Origin: Oculina patagonica
Lineage: Eukaryota
Direction: 5' to 3'
DNA length: 64,000 bases
Assembly (NCBI RefSeq): GCF_052425735.1
Contig: NC_135763.1
Span: 3,162,001 to 3,226,000, forward strand
How positions within the stretch are numbered: position 1 is the first letter of the stretch; each line of letters begins with the position of its first letter. Below the pieces are notes generated by a model. That model ran no database searches. It was not told where the DNA came from and saw nothing but the letters and a program-made list of their open reading frames with translations. A program made the translations under genes and the position numbers. Below, in pieces: positions 53,001 through 64,000 of the stretch.

Positions 53001-56000
53001 ATTAATTTAGAAAACGGTCTTAAATTTCCACTGGTATTTAAGTAAGGATAACATGTAAACTGTACCTGAAGTAATGGATTGTCGACCGGAAGGGGACTGG
53101 TACGTACTAGCGCTAGCACCAGGAGCAGCAGTGCCCAGGTCACTGTCACCAACATCTCCACCATTAGAAGCGGCTAAAAAGGACTGGACACCCTTGAGGA
53201 TGTCTTCGGACAGGCCTTCCTTCCACGAAATGTGATGTAATGATTCAACGAACTTCTGTGAGTCGTTCATGGCTTGTTGAATAGCTTTCCATGTTGGTCG
53301 GTCAACTTTACCTTCTGCGTTAACTCCTGTCAAAGTGAAGTGAACAAAAAATAAGAGCTAAAAAGTTATCCAGTGAAAATTAAGAAAGCGGCACTATTAA
53401 ATTACATGTATTTTAAATATACAGGGGGTGCAATTGAGCATTACAATAATTGACAAATGGCATAAATCATGTGGAGGTACTGTTATAAAAGTCGATGAGA
53501 ATTTGAAAACAAAATTACAACCGTGGGCGAGTGTTTTCAATATTTCTCAAGAGGATTGTTTTAGGACAGTGTTATATGTGACTCTTCATATGCATTTTGA
53601 TAAAAATATCTACGCACATGAAATAATAAATACGGCTGTTCGTGTTTATACCAATAAGAGCGCGATGTACAATCTGCATTAAAATAATAATAATTAATAC
53701 ATTAGTCTGGTACAGAGATAATTTGAGGTAAAAGTCTTCGGAAATTAGTAATTATCAAATGAAGGAAATGCATTTTTTTAAAAATTTATGCAACAATAAA
53801 GAAGTAATTATAAAGTACCGAGCATAGGGGTCTGCATTCCTTTCTGAGGATACTCCTTGGTAGCAGGCCGTTTCCTGTGCGTTGCAGAACTCGTGCGGGA
53901 TGCCTCGTCAGACCCAGTCCCTAGAGAAGAGCTCTGATCTCCTTTCCGTTCATGCCTAGTCGGGGGAGGGTGGGTAGATCCTGCTCCTCCTATGCCAGCA
54001 GCAAACTCTTGTCTTCCTAGGAGAACCATGACCATAACCATGACCATACCAGCCATGGGAGGGGGACTCTGGAAGGCTCTGAGTCGCTCGCACAGGGATC
54101 GGTCTACCCTGTGCATCCAATGAGTAACCTGCAAACAATACACAAAGAAACCAATTATATGCTAAAGCATGGTTGTCACAGACATCAGTTTTCAAAATTC
54201 CCTTACTTTTCCTGCTAAAAATAAACTTTTTCACTGACCAAATAAATGCAAAAATGTCAGATATAGTAGCCGCCACCTGCCTCCCCTTCAAAAAAATAAG
54301 CATCAAAACAAAATTCCGTGACTTTTCTTTGACCTTGAAAGATTTTAATTTTTCCTGACCATTTCCTGACCTGTGACAACCCTGATAACAATTTTTATCG
54401 GGTTGAGGAATAACTTTCGGGAAGCGGGCGAAAGAATTATTAATGAGCAGAGGGCTTGTTATCGGAAGAGATCTTGCATTTCAAAAATTGTTGGCTTAAA
54501 TTTGGAAGGAATTACCCTGAAACATGCGATAACAATTAGCTAAGACATTGACTAAATCAACATAAATAACATTTACAGATCTTGTGGAACTAAGTTACGA
54601 AGCGCATTTCTTTATATCATTTCTTTATTTCATATCTGTCACATTGTACTAGTTCTGAAGAGCTAGTTTTTTCCTAATACCAGATTGAGGAAAAACAAAT
54701 TAAAAACTTTGCAAGTATGTGACGAACCTGTTCTTCAGATTTTTTCAGGGCTACTTTGGAGTCTTGTAAAGCGCCTTCTGCTAATTGAATCTCCTCTAAG
54801 ACCTTCAATCGGCGACTCTTAATGTTGGAGTTCTTCAGCTTCTCGAACTCTTCATCCAACTCGTCCGTGTCATCATCCTGTCATATAAAATGGAAAGAAA
54901 GTAAGGTGAAGAGTTGTTGCAAGGCTTACATTAAAAAAACAAACAAACAAGAAACGCACGAAGAAAAGAATGAACGAACAAACAAACGGGCGAGCGAACG
55001 AACAAACGCACACGAGAGCGAACGAACGATTGCAAGCAAGCTTTCTTTCAGAACTTCAAAATTAGCATGAAAAAAGCAAATGATAACTTCCCTTCGATCT
55101 CTCCCCACGTAACTCAGAACTAAGGAGAAATATCCTGTTGTAAGATGAGATTTTGTTGTTCTAATGAGCATTGTTGAACTTGCCCAAAACAACAAACGAA
55201 ACAATTTATTTTACGAGATGTAAATATAAACCTGTAACAAAGCCGTGTCATCTTCTTCAATTTCACTATCAATAAGCGCAACAAATGCACTTAAGGTGGC
55301 ACTGCCGATACCGAGTTTAGCTTTGAGTTTCTCCAGTGCTGTAGCTTTAGCTGTAAGAGCTTCCAGCAGCTCATCTGACTTGACTGTAGCTACAGACAAC
55401 TGCTGTTTGGTCTGTGAAATCACATCTTTGATCACTACAGCATCTTCTCGTGTTTGCTCCAGTGTCGCCAGAGCCCGGCTATGAGAAGGAAAGAAAAACG
55501 TTAGGGGCTGCCTCATCAAGAGAAATTCACATGGTTCCTGCCCTTTTGTTAGCAGCAAGAATTCACGTTTTTAAGGAACAAACATAAATCCAGTTTCACG
55601 ATCCAGTTAATTAAGGCACCAAGCATACGGTGCATGTCATTTTGCAACGATCAAGGCAAACTTTTAAGCTTAAAGGAAATATCAAAATACAAATTAAATA
55701 ATTAATTTAGAAAATGCGATAAGAAGAATAATTGCTCAAGAAGAATCGCGGATGGTAAAGACTAGGTAATGCACTGTACTCCATTCCCAAACACCTCTCT
55801 TCAACAACGAGAAAATTTCGTCTCGATCGTGCGCCTATACATGCACTTTACTCTCATTGAAACCTCCCCGAAAAGTCCTCTTTATATAACAGCCAGTTAA
55901 CTTTGCCCAGGATATCTGTTGTATGAGAGACTCGACTGTGTTTCATTCTGCGCGAAAACGTTCTCTTCATAGTCTCTTTCGTAGCCGTTGTATGGCCTCT

Positions 56001-59000
56001 TAACGCAACGTTCCCTCCCAAACAACGGGTGGGAAGGAGACTATTCTCTTCATGCCTCAGACTGTAGAGAAATTAGGCTTCACGTTTGTTTTTCCCGCGA
56101 ACGGCTAAAAAACAACTTTTGCCGTTTGCCACTTGTACGTCAAAGTGATTAGTTTCGTGTTTGGTATGAATAAGTAAATTTTTTTCTATTTAAATTTTCT
56201 GATGGATTTATTCAATAATTAGAGAAAAAGTAAGCAGAATCAGCAACACTCTGACGTTTGCGGTTTACTGTAAGGGACGGACCATTAAATAATTGGAGGG
56301 GGGGGGGGGGTGGATAAAAAAGCTTCCGTGCACGATTTTGTTAGGCCTCTGAAGGTTTTTTTTTGTAGTTCCGTTGCATGAATGTTTTTTAGGAATAACC
56401 GCTTGCAGGATTTTTTCAAGACAAGTATTCCTTGCAGGAATTTTTTGGGGAAAAGTAACCCCCCCCCCCCCTCCGGCTATTTCTAATGGTCCGTCCCTAA
56501 GAAGATTGTTTTACCCTTTTGTAACTGCACCAACTTACGTGAGTCTGTCAACTCTCTCATTCGCCTCCTTTCTCTTGTCTCTAAAGATGTGTCTAAAGCA
56601 GTGCATGAATTGTATGTACGTAGTAGGACCGACAAACACGTCCCCAGTTACATTGGCTCCGCCATTACGTTGATGCTTCAGGTCGATCTTCTCCAGCAGA
56701 ATAGACAGCGAACGCGGCTCACTTGCATTGGGATCTTCAGGCGGGGACTCGGCTCTAGTCAACAGATGGTCATCTCCGGCCCAGGGGATCTGGTGACACT
56801 CTCTTAACACGTGACCATGTATTGTGGACAGTGACGCCACAACCTTATCTCTGTAAAATGAATTTGAAAGTGTTTGTGTTGGCTCGCCTGGCTGGAATTA
56901 TAGCATAAAGTTATTCCATGATTGGGAGGCGCAGTGGCCTAATGGTTAGCGAGCTGGACCCCAGATCGAGCGGTCTGGATTAGAGCCCTGGCTGGGGCAT
57001 TGTGTTGTGTTCTTGAGCAAGACACTTTACTCTTATAGTGCCTCTCTCCACCAAGGTGTATAAATGAGTACCGGCGAAATAATTCAATGCTTGGGGGTAA
57101 CCTTGCGATGGACTAGCATCCCATCCAGGGGGCAGTAGAAACTACTCTTAGTCACTTATGTTGCAGAAACCGGGAAAAGCTCCGGCGCATGGACCACTTG
57201 TCACAATGCAGTCTTTACCTTTACCTATTCTTTGATTCATTTCAGCTGTAAAGTAGTTTGCGCATATAAATACAATACCTGCCTAGTTAAAACATCGCTG
57301 GCAGGACTTTTATTAGAAGATACACGCAAAGTTTCTCAACAAATGTTCAAAAAACAATAAGACATTAATTAACGCAGATCCGGAGCAGATCCACTGTTGA
57401 TTTAAAGGATTTTTAATACCTGACAGACAAATGTGGTCTAACAAATGGCGCTACAGTTACCTTGTTTGTTCAGAGATATCAGTGAGCACTTTGTGCCTCT
57501 CGAGATAATGGGTGGCTTCTCCTTCCAGTGCGTACTGAGGCCAGTCCTTTACAAAGTCCATTTGACAGCCATACAGGATACCAGGATAACAACTACAAAC
57601 AACAACATTGAGGACATTTAAGCCCAGTCCAGACGTCATACTACTGCTTTGAATGCCAAACTTAATTCAAGAATCACGTTTGGCTAAAGAACGACAGTAA
57701 CACCACAAGTTCCAAAAACCTTCCATGTAAACTCTAAGACTTAGCGCAGATTAAATTGCAAGCCGAACTACATTTCGAAATTGTATTGCAGTAAAAATCT
57801 CCCTTATGTAATTTATTTTTTCTTACAGTTTACATTTAGTTGCCCCCCTTACAAGAGTAAAGTCTTATGTTGATATATGAAGACATAGTTAATAAAGGGA
57901 AATGGTTAGGAAACCCTGTAAAGTTCTTTGTTGTATGTTTTTGTTCGCTGTTTTGGGGGTTGACCCTGCACAAAACCTGACAAAATACAATAGGTGGTTA
58001 CGTGGGTTCATGCAACTAACCAGTGGAAACACTGCGATTACGTAATTCATGCATAGTGTATGAGCGCAAAACAAAAGATGTGCAGGGTCGTGGACCTTCC
58101 AACATAAATAGTGGCCTCTTTGTTTGCTTCTTTGATGTTTGCCGGGTTTCCTAACCATTTCCCTCTATTAACTATGATGAAGACAACCATAAAAAGGCAA
58201 AGATAAGCTGAAGGTACAAAGTAGCATAGTGGCGACAGGGAAGTATGTCTTACCGTGGGCCGATTCTGAGTAATCTATGAGTTGGTGGAAGACAGAGAAT
58301 GATGTGAAGATTAGCTTTCACTCGTGTGATGAAAAACTTCATAGGATCCGCCAAAAAGTTGGAGAATTTCTTCTTGATGGCTGGCATCAAAGCCTGTCAA
58401 AAACATACAACAAACTTTCTAAAGAACTGTGTCTTGTACCCCTGTCTTAAAGCGCATTTTTATTGTCAAAGTGGCAAACGGGGTAAAAGCAATGGAATGC
58501 TTTACGAGGTAACAACCCTAAAAGATTTGACAAATATCTTCATATAATAAATGAAGGCAATGCTAAATGTTGCTGTGGAATTAGTAGATTACCTGTAGTA
58601 AACTGTCGAGTTCATCCACAGAGAACAAAGGTGGGTACTCTCCACTGATAAGCAAACTGTTCAAAGCATCAAGATACATGTCATCTCGAAGATCGGGTGC
58701 CTGAATGAAACATATACAAACGCGACTTTTGTAAGAGCTCTTCACTGATACAGTCGAATCTATGTTGTGGTTCAATTTTACCTTTTGGTGCAATCTGGTA
58801 ATTTCCTTGTTTTATATTACTATTATCATATATTGCCATACACCAGAACAATAGAAAATATGCCAATTTGTACCAAGGGTAAAATTGGACCACATCTACA
58901 CTTACGGACGCCTGCTGTAAGCTAACACCTCTCCTGAGCAGGGCTCGACGAAAAACTTGAATTCCATCTTGCCTTGCGGACGAGCAGATCTTAAATGTGG

Positions 59001-62000
59001 CTAACGCAGTTCCTTTGGGTCCTAGTTAGTTTGCCTCTTTCAACTATTAAGTGGGCAGACAACTTGCCTGGGCCCTTGCTTATCGGGTAAGTAAGAATGA
59101 AAAATTAGTTGACCCGGCAGGAAAGTAAATCTACTTGTCCGTGAACGACCAACCGTTATTTTTTCGAGCCCTGCTATGTGGACACTTTCTGGTGCCAGGG
59201 GTGTCGGCGTAATGCCTACAAGAGGTTCAGCTGCTTGGGGAAGAATTCAAAACAGTTTTGAATCTGAATCGTGAGATTATGGGACGGAAACAGTAAAATA
59301 ATAAATAAATAAATATGTTTATAGTGTCATGCACTTAGCTTCTCTCAAGAGAAGATTTACAGGCAGCGACGAAACAGAAGAAACAAATTTTTAAAATGAA
59401 CATAACAGGTTAAAAATCCCAACAGCAGGAGGCAGACCAGTTGGCTATACAAAGCGTGGTCGAGGATTGAACTCGGGACAACCGAGAAACAAATCCAGCT
59501 AGTGGCAGGGGCAGGTCTTGAACCGGGCACCTCCGGTTGAACACCAGTGCCCTAAACCACTCGGCCACGCGCCTCCTAAAAGTGAATAATAACAGTATTA
59601 ATAACAGTTCTAATCAGCAAGGCATTCACAGTCAATCCCGTTATGATCGTGGATCCTGACAATCAAGCCAAAAACACAGCTCAGTCTGGAAGCAAACTTA
59701 CAGTAAACAAGACAGTGGTGGTCTTTCCATCACAGCCAGCTTGACGTACAGCAGATCTGAGTCCATCAAGGAAGGTGTTGGGATATGTACAGTCAACAGG
59801 ATGAATAGGGTATTCCAACATGTACAGAGCCAATGCTGCTAATGAATTCAGGTGTGTTCCAATGGAGCCAATTAACAGTGCATTGCCTCTGTTTGACAAC
59901 ATAAAATAACATGATCAGTGTGTCCTTTAACAGAAATTTCTGAACATCTGTTGGGAATTTAGGCCGCGTCAATTAAAGGGACTATGTCACGGAGATTTCA
60001 CAGATTTTTGGTCTAAACTGTTCTGAAATTAGTGGAAGGCAACTAAACCCATAAAAAACAATATCTTTGAACATCTAAAGGAATATATAATCTTAATTTG
60101 CGGATAGAAATCAAGCTAAGGCTACAATTATCGATTTTTTGAAGACGCGCGGAAGCAATTTGAAAACGTTTGCCTAACGTTTTCATATTGCAATCCGTTT
60201 CCATCCGCGCCTTCCGCAGCCAGTAATGCTAGTTAACAGTTTCAGTGCTTTAATTGATAGCAGGTTCAAGTTTAATAAAAATGGACTATTATTTCTAGGT
60301 TTCATGCGACACAAATGTATATTTTGGCTGTTCAAAAATCTGGTAAAATCCGTGACATAGTCCCTTTAATCTCTTGGACATGTAGTGCATTTTGTGCACG
60401 ATATTTAGACTTTCGCCATTCAAATTAGCGTAGTTCGAATCAGCTATTTTGAAAACATGGCGCAACCCTATATTTGGGACCAATCAGAACACGGTATGGA
60501 ATTGTATGGTATGGATACTTTATTTAAGCTTGGATTTGTAGAGTAGCTTCATCATAGCTAATCTCTCCGAACATTTCCCACTCAACCCTCAGTGACAGTA
60601 CAATATACTCTTTTGCGACAAGGTGAGAAGCTTAGCGAGCCCATCAAGGCTCCCATGAGGAACACTGGTCTAAAGACCCATAAGATATCTTTTATAGTTC
60701 CAACAAGCAATCGTACATACGATGTGTAGAAATTACTTTGTTCTCTTTTCGTAAACTCCTTGTCCGGTTTAAAAGGTTTGCAATCTAGTGACTTTCCGCT
60801 GTGACGTCCGTTTACCTGTTTTTGAAACTTAAGATCCTGTGAAGGCGAACAACGTGAAACATGACATGAGATGAGATCATCAAATCCAGTCCGTCTCCAC
60901 TGAACTCGTCATTATACCGCTTCAGAAAGTTTTGCAAGCAAGGTGAAACTTCGTCGATGTTACTTATGGCTTGAAGAAGGATCTGCAATCACAAAAAAAA
61001 AACTTAGATACAGCACACGAGCCTCGCTTAACAGTAATGTCATACACTATTTCTGCAACGTATGGAAGAGGTAGAGTTAGGTGACAGGTACACTAAAATG
61101 TAATGCGCTGCGCGCATAGGTCTGGATTTTTTTTTTTGTTATATTTTATAGCCTTCTGACATGAGCTTGTGATGTGCAAATATGGGCTATAATTCAGTGC
61201 ATGTCCGCAAAGATCTATGTTGTACGTTTTACACATGAATAAACATCAACATAGAGAAGGGCTTACGTTAGAGCCTTACTGATAAACGCACTATTAAAGT
61301 GTCATCTAACTAAATTTAAGGTTATTATTTGTTATCATTAATCATTAAACAAGTTTACAAACTAGATCTAGTCGAAGATATTTTAGAAATTGATTGCTGA
61401 AAATATATTGGGGGGGGGGGGGGGCAAATGTATACTTTAATCCACCGAACTAGTCTATTTTGGGATCAAACTGTTACCAAGGAAAGGAGGTTTAAAATGA
61501 CAATTGAAAAATAACAACTGACTCATTTACAGCACATCAATCAACCACCACATATCACTTCTTTCAAACTTGGTATGCGTGCAACGTGGCTTCATTGTTA
61601 GACAAACCTTCGGAGCTGCACGACTCTGGGTCACGGGACGCTGAGCGAACAGTCCTGCTTCCAGCGGAAATGTGATAAACAGAGGAGATGGAGAGTTGGC
61701 CGGTAGCTCAGGGAAGTTCTGAAAATACAATAAAACCCAGAGATTTAGATGCAGTTAAATGCAAGTTAACGGAGTTAACAACAATGCAATTTAACGAAGA
61801 TAACAACAAAGAGAGTCAGTGTTCCCTCGTGGTCAGCGGTGTTTTGAATATGCCCATGCGCCAGGGCTCCATGTGCTCCGGATTTCAGGCGTGTGTTTTT
61901 AGTGTTGGCCAGGCCAGTGGAGCGTTTGCCCGGAGTTCTAGCGTTTAGTCTGTTCAACCCCTTCCTTCCCTCCCTTCCCACTGTTTAATCAGTGTGACGG

Positions 62001-63442
62001 GTGCCTGTCCTCCTTCTTTCTGCGTGGGGGCTCATGGCTGGGTTGCCAGGATTTCCAAGCCATGGGAGCAGTCTCCATCTAGGGGCTGGCTGCCAATAGT
62101 GGAAGCTCCTGGATGTCCCAAGCACCCAAACTTCATTTAGCGATGCAGTTGTTAACACGACTGTTGTAAATTTCCGAGTAAAGACTTATCAACACAAGAA
62201 AATGTATTCAGGAATTTTGTTATTTGATTTAAAGTTGTACCTCTTTAATTATTGTCTTCAGGGTCTTCTCGAACCATTTGATATCAACTGATCGGCATAC
62301 ACGGTCCTTTACCACTCTTGTCACTTCATGCTGCCAGAGTGATACCATGTATTCTTCATCAGCTCGCATTTCCTCGGAACAGTTTTTCAATCCCTAAAAT
62401 AAATCAGTAAATAATGACACAACAGAGACTAAACAAGTGGAATCAGCTAAGTAAAACGCAGGGATATCACTCTAGCATCCAATCTCAAAATTGCAATAAC
62501 CTTGAAAGGGCTGTAAGACAATAATGCAGTTGTCATAGAGATCACTGTTTATTGTGAACAAAACAACACGGAATAAAATAAAATAAAATAAATCACTTTA
62601 TTTAAGTGTCAATGTATTTAGCACTGTTGTGCTAAGTGAGGACACTGTAAATAGTGAATTAAATATTATAAATCAAACAGAAAATTGTGAAGAATATTAT
62701 TCTACATGACACGAGCGTGGGACAAAGAAAAAAATCTGAGTAAATGGCCTAGCTCACAGCGAGTCTCACGTAGCTCAGTTGGTTAGAGCGCCCAACCGGT
62801 ATTCTGGGAGGCCATGGGTTCGATTCCCGTCGGGGACTCAGATTTTTTTCTTTGTCCCACGCTCGTGTCATGTAGAATAATATTCTTCACTATTTATCAC
62901 CGAGCTTAAAATCTACCATCTTTATTATTTACTACTAAACAGAAAATTGTTGTTAAAAATCTCAACTGTCAGGAGGCTAACCAGTTGGCTATATACAAAG
63001 CGTGGAGGAGTTGAATTCGGAACTACCGAAGGCAAATTCATCTTGAGACAGAGTGGAGGATTTGAACCTGGGACCTCCAGATTACAAGTCCAGTGCCCTA
63101 ACCACTAGGCCACGCTGCCTCCATACAAAATGAAAATTCCATTAATATTGAAGAATCAACTCGTTCTCAATAAAGTTCTGTATGGTAAATCTCAGTTTGC
63201 CACGATATAGCGCACTTAACTAAGATTCAGTAAGCACAGACTTAACATCAAAAGAAAAGATACTGAGTTACCTGAAAGACTCTGGTAATATCTCTGAGGT
63301 TGAACTGGTAATGACACCTCCCTGGAGTGGGCGAAGGTCTCAGTACATCCTGCATGCTGGTCAGCAGCATACACGACGCCGTCACAATCTGTTCGTGGAA
63401 CTCTTGAGGCAAATCCATGCCTTGATTCTGCGCCATGTTAGC
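23374..63442 (-). CDS. Divergent dynein heavy chain-family gene (DNHD1-like or atypical axonemal type), 3' portion: AAA3 lid, AAA4, stalk/MTBD, AAA5, AAA6, C-terminal domain; 5' part lies beyond the window
   Basis: 40 phase-consistent GT-AG exons (6558 nt including stop): 63272-63442, 62241-62393, 61608-61718, 60816-60982, 59702-59888, 58593-58700, 58254-58393, 57461-57592, 56539-56850, 55232-55478, 54728-54877, 53819-54128, 53066-53326, 45105-45322, 43883-44058, 43131-43259, 42817-42925, 42236-42415, 41290-41445, 40598-40635, 39972-40143, 39177-39322, 38486-38671, 37648-37759, 36422-36598, 35769-35905, 34271-34369, 33552-33687, 32989-33075, 32276-32461, 31526-31723, 31323-31436, 30928-31039, 28220-28350, 26421-26714, 25728-25844, 24844-25053, 24660-24734, 24112-24198, 23374-23700. 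Dynein motifs: PTPGRCHYQFNLRD, LWQHEVTRVVKDR, GNALLIG, NSLLISGEYPPLF, RVKANLHIILC, WALLCDPQ, YRPIARRAAVMF, GHWVLLHNAH, EVVYG, YWLGAFFNP, DGMFVYGIYLWGCAW. Confidence 0.92.
24254..24640. mobile_element. TTAA-flanked (Kolobok-like) MITE copy, reverse orientation
   Basis: Reverse complement of 59977-60365; begins ttaaagggg. Confidence 0.7.
27410..27645 (-). mobile_element. tRNA-derived SINE, family 3
   Basis: - strand reads GGGATGGCGCAGTGGTGAGAGTGCTCGCCTTCCACCAGTGTGGCC (A box) followed by a SINE-type body. Confidence 0.7.
28417..28711 (-). mobile_element. tRNA-derived SINE, family 2
   Basis: Head GGGAGGCACGGTGGCCTAATGGTTAG, B box GTTCGAGCC; copies at 33155-33430 and 56924-57225; 13-bp TSD AGACGTGAACAAA at 28404-28416 and 30311-30323. 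Confidence 0.8.
28714..30308. mobile_element. 1.6-kb non-autonomous DNA transposon with TAGAGTTTTCCGATT TIRs
   Basis: TAGAGTTTTCCGATT at 28714 and AATCGGAAAACTCTA ending 30308; no transposase ORF. Confidence 0.75.
33155..33430 (-). mobile_element. tRNA-derived SINE, family 2
   Basis: Near-identical organisation to 28417-28711. Confidence 0.8.
34580..34995. mobile_element. Tc1/mariner (pogo/Tigger-like) MITE
   Basis: TA|CAGTAAAAACCCGCGTATAAGAA ... TTCTTATACGCGGGTTTTTACTG|TA: perfect 23-bp TIR with TA TSD. Confidence 0.85.
35260..35549. mobile_element. Palindromic MITE (TAGAG...CTCTA ends) inserted in a decayed SINE
   Basis: tagagcggttttcacttgagtgtcg and cgacactcaattgaaaactgctcta ends; gives mirror-image ORFs 35271-35534 and 35275-35538. 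Confidence 0.8.
39519..39877. mobile_element. MITE (CATTCTCGTCC...GGACGAGAATG ends) with a central poly-T run; related copy at about 5570-5780
   Basis: TIR pair and the internal palindromic motif tttgattggctagac / ctagccaatcaaa shared with 5620-5670. Confidence 0.65.
40957..40998. repeat. (GAT)n microsatellite, probably the tail of a retroposon at about 40680-40950
   Basis: About 14 GAT units; source of the poly-M/poly-H/poly-S ORFs. Confidence 0.9.
45670..46022. repeat. Left subterminal tandem array (44-bp unit GAAACATGTAAAAACCATGGAAATTGACAAAGGGGGCCTGTTTG)
   Basis: About 8 copies, visible directly. Confidence 0.9.
49124..49291. mobile_element. Tigger-like MITE nested in the CACTG element
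   Basis: TA|CAGTGGAACCCCGATATAAC ... GTTATATCTGGGTTACACTG|TA with internal GATATAACGA repeats. Confidence 0.75.
51895..52485. repeat. Right subterminal tandem array, reverse complement of the left array, with alternating long and short units
   Basis: AAACAGGCCCCCTTTGTC repeated about 15 times; source of the three overlapping repetitive ORFs. Confidence 0.9.
56274..56497. mobile_element. PIF/Harbinger-like MITE
   Basis: TAA|GGGACGGACCATTA ... TAATGGTCCGTCCC|TAA: GGG/CCC termini with a 3-bp TAA TSD. Confidence 0.8.
56924..57226 (+). mobile_element. tRNA-derived SINE, family 2
   Basis: GGGAGGCGCAGTGGCCTAATGGTTAG head; (TTTACC)n tail. Confidence 0.8.
57884..58176. mobile_element. P-element-like MITE
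   Basis: About 35-bp TIR CATAGTTAATAAAGGGAAATGGTTAGGAAACCC / GGGTTTCCTAACCATTTCCCTCTATTAACTATG; 7-bp TSD ATGAAGA on both sides. Confidence 0.8.
59390..59576 (-). mobile_element. tRNA-derived SINE, family 1
   Basis: Reverse complement of the 10160-10330 head and body. Confidence 0.8.
59977..60365. mobile_element. Kolobok-like MITE
   Basis: TTAA|AGGGACTATGTCACGG ... CCGTGACATAGTCCCT|TTAA. Confidence 0.8.
62687..62936 (+). mobile_element. Retroposon with a tRNA-like core enclosed by a perfect 55-bp inverted repeat, nested in a family-1 SINE
   Basis: Arms 62687-62741 and 62836-62890; A box TAGCTCAGTTGG and B box GGTTCGATTCC between them; 14-bp TSD AAACAGAAAATTGT (62675-62688 and 62937-62950). 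Confidence 0.8.
62955..63122 (-). mobile_element. tRNA-derived SINE, family 1 (tail probably continues at 62570-62680)
   Basis: - strand head GGAGGCAGCGTGGCCTAGTGGTTAGGGCACTGGAC...GGTTCAAATCC. Confidence 0.75.
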
Positions 63443-64000
63443 CTGTGCATATAATGACAATCAGAAAGGTATAAAAACGTTATGGTGCCTTAACACACAG
63501 AGGGCGCTTTCCATTCAACCAAAAATTCCGGGGATTCCCGGTTCGGAAGCGAATGGAACAGAAATTTCCAGTAATAAATTCCGGAATTTTAGAACAACCT
63601 CGCGAGGTTGTCCCAAAATTCCGGAAAATCGGATCAAGAAAATACCATTCCATGCTTGGGCCCAGCTTCTCCGAGCCGGAATCAAACGTGGCCGCATAGT
63701 CAAGATGGCTTTTTAATAGCAGTGCTCGGTGTGTTTGTTTGACACCGAAAGATTACAGCTCTTACTCAAACCAGATCCGTTACGGAGTGGTATCCTTCCT
63801 GTGAGCATGACCTCTCTCGTCCTTCGAAAGTGACTCTTGGACCCGTCAGAAAAATGTGCTGGTATCGTATATCAAAGTAGTCACGGACTCTATTTAAATT
63901 CCTTCGCAGGTGTGACAACGGGTTTTGCGTCTGTGACACGGGATTTGTTGCTCAAAACTATTTAACGGGGAACGGCGATGAGAGGCCTTTCTTCGGCTGA

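Noticed and set aside
61850-62150. GC-richer intronic block, possibly a retroelement fragment or extra exon
   Set aside because: No TIR, TSD or protein motif I can support, and the flanking dynein exons join in phase without it.

Overview
Eukaryotic (animal) AT-rich, intron-rich genomic DNA; the repeat families and expanded intronless GPCRs suggest a cnidarian, probably a stony coral (inference). Most ORFs in the six-frame track are single exons or repeat-derived noise. By tracing GT-AG sites and reading phases by hand I reconstruct: (1) a + strand gene (starts before the window, ends at 14065 or 15149) encoding a TRPC-like six-TM cation channel with an unusual architecture: vWA-like domain, then TRP channel core with TRP box, then SPRY domain, then one of two duplicated, mutually exclusive coiled-coil terminal exons; (2) an intronless class A GPCR nested antisense in one of its introns (6994-7989), plus a fold-back (inverted) pair of pseudogene fragments of the same GPCR family at 17.7-18.1 kb; (3) a second intronless class A GPCR (20219-21241, +); (4) the last 40 coding exons (about 2185 aa, AAA3 lid to C-terminus) of a divergent dynein heavy chain-like gene on the - strand (63442 to 23374), with a degenerate AAA4 P-loop and insertions in the stalk/microtubule-binding domain; (5) many mobile elements, including a 7.4-kb non-autonomous CACTG-terminated (CACTA/EnSpm-like) element, tRNA-derived SINEs, hairpin-enclosed tRNA-like retroelements, MITEs of several superfamilies, a LINE 3' fragment and a 1-kb minisatellite. 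There is one assembly gap (11525-11734). The strongest candidate for an undescribed system is the vWA-TRP-SPRY channel with switchable tails and its nested GPCR.
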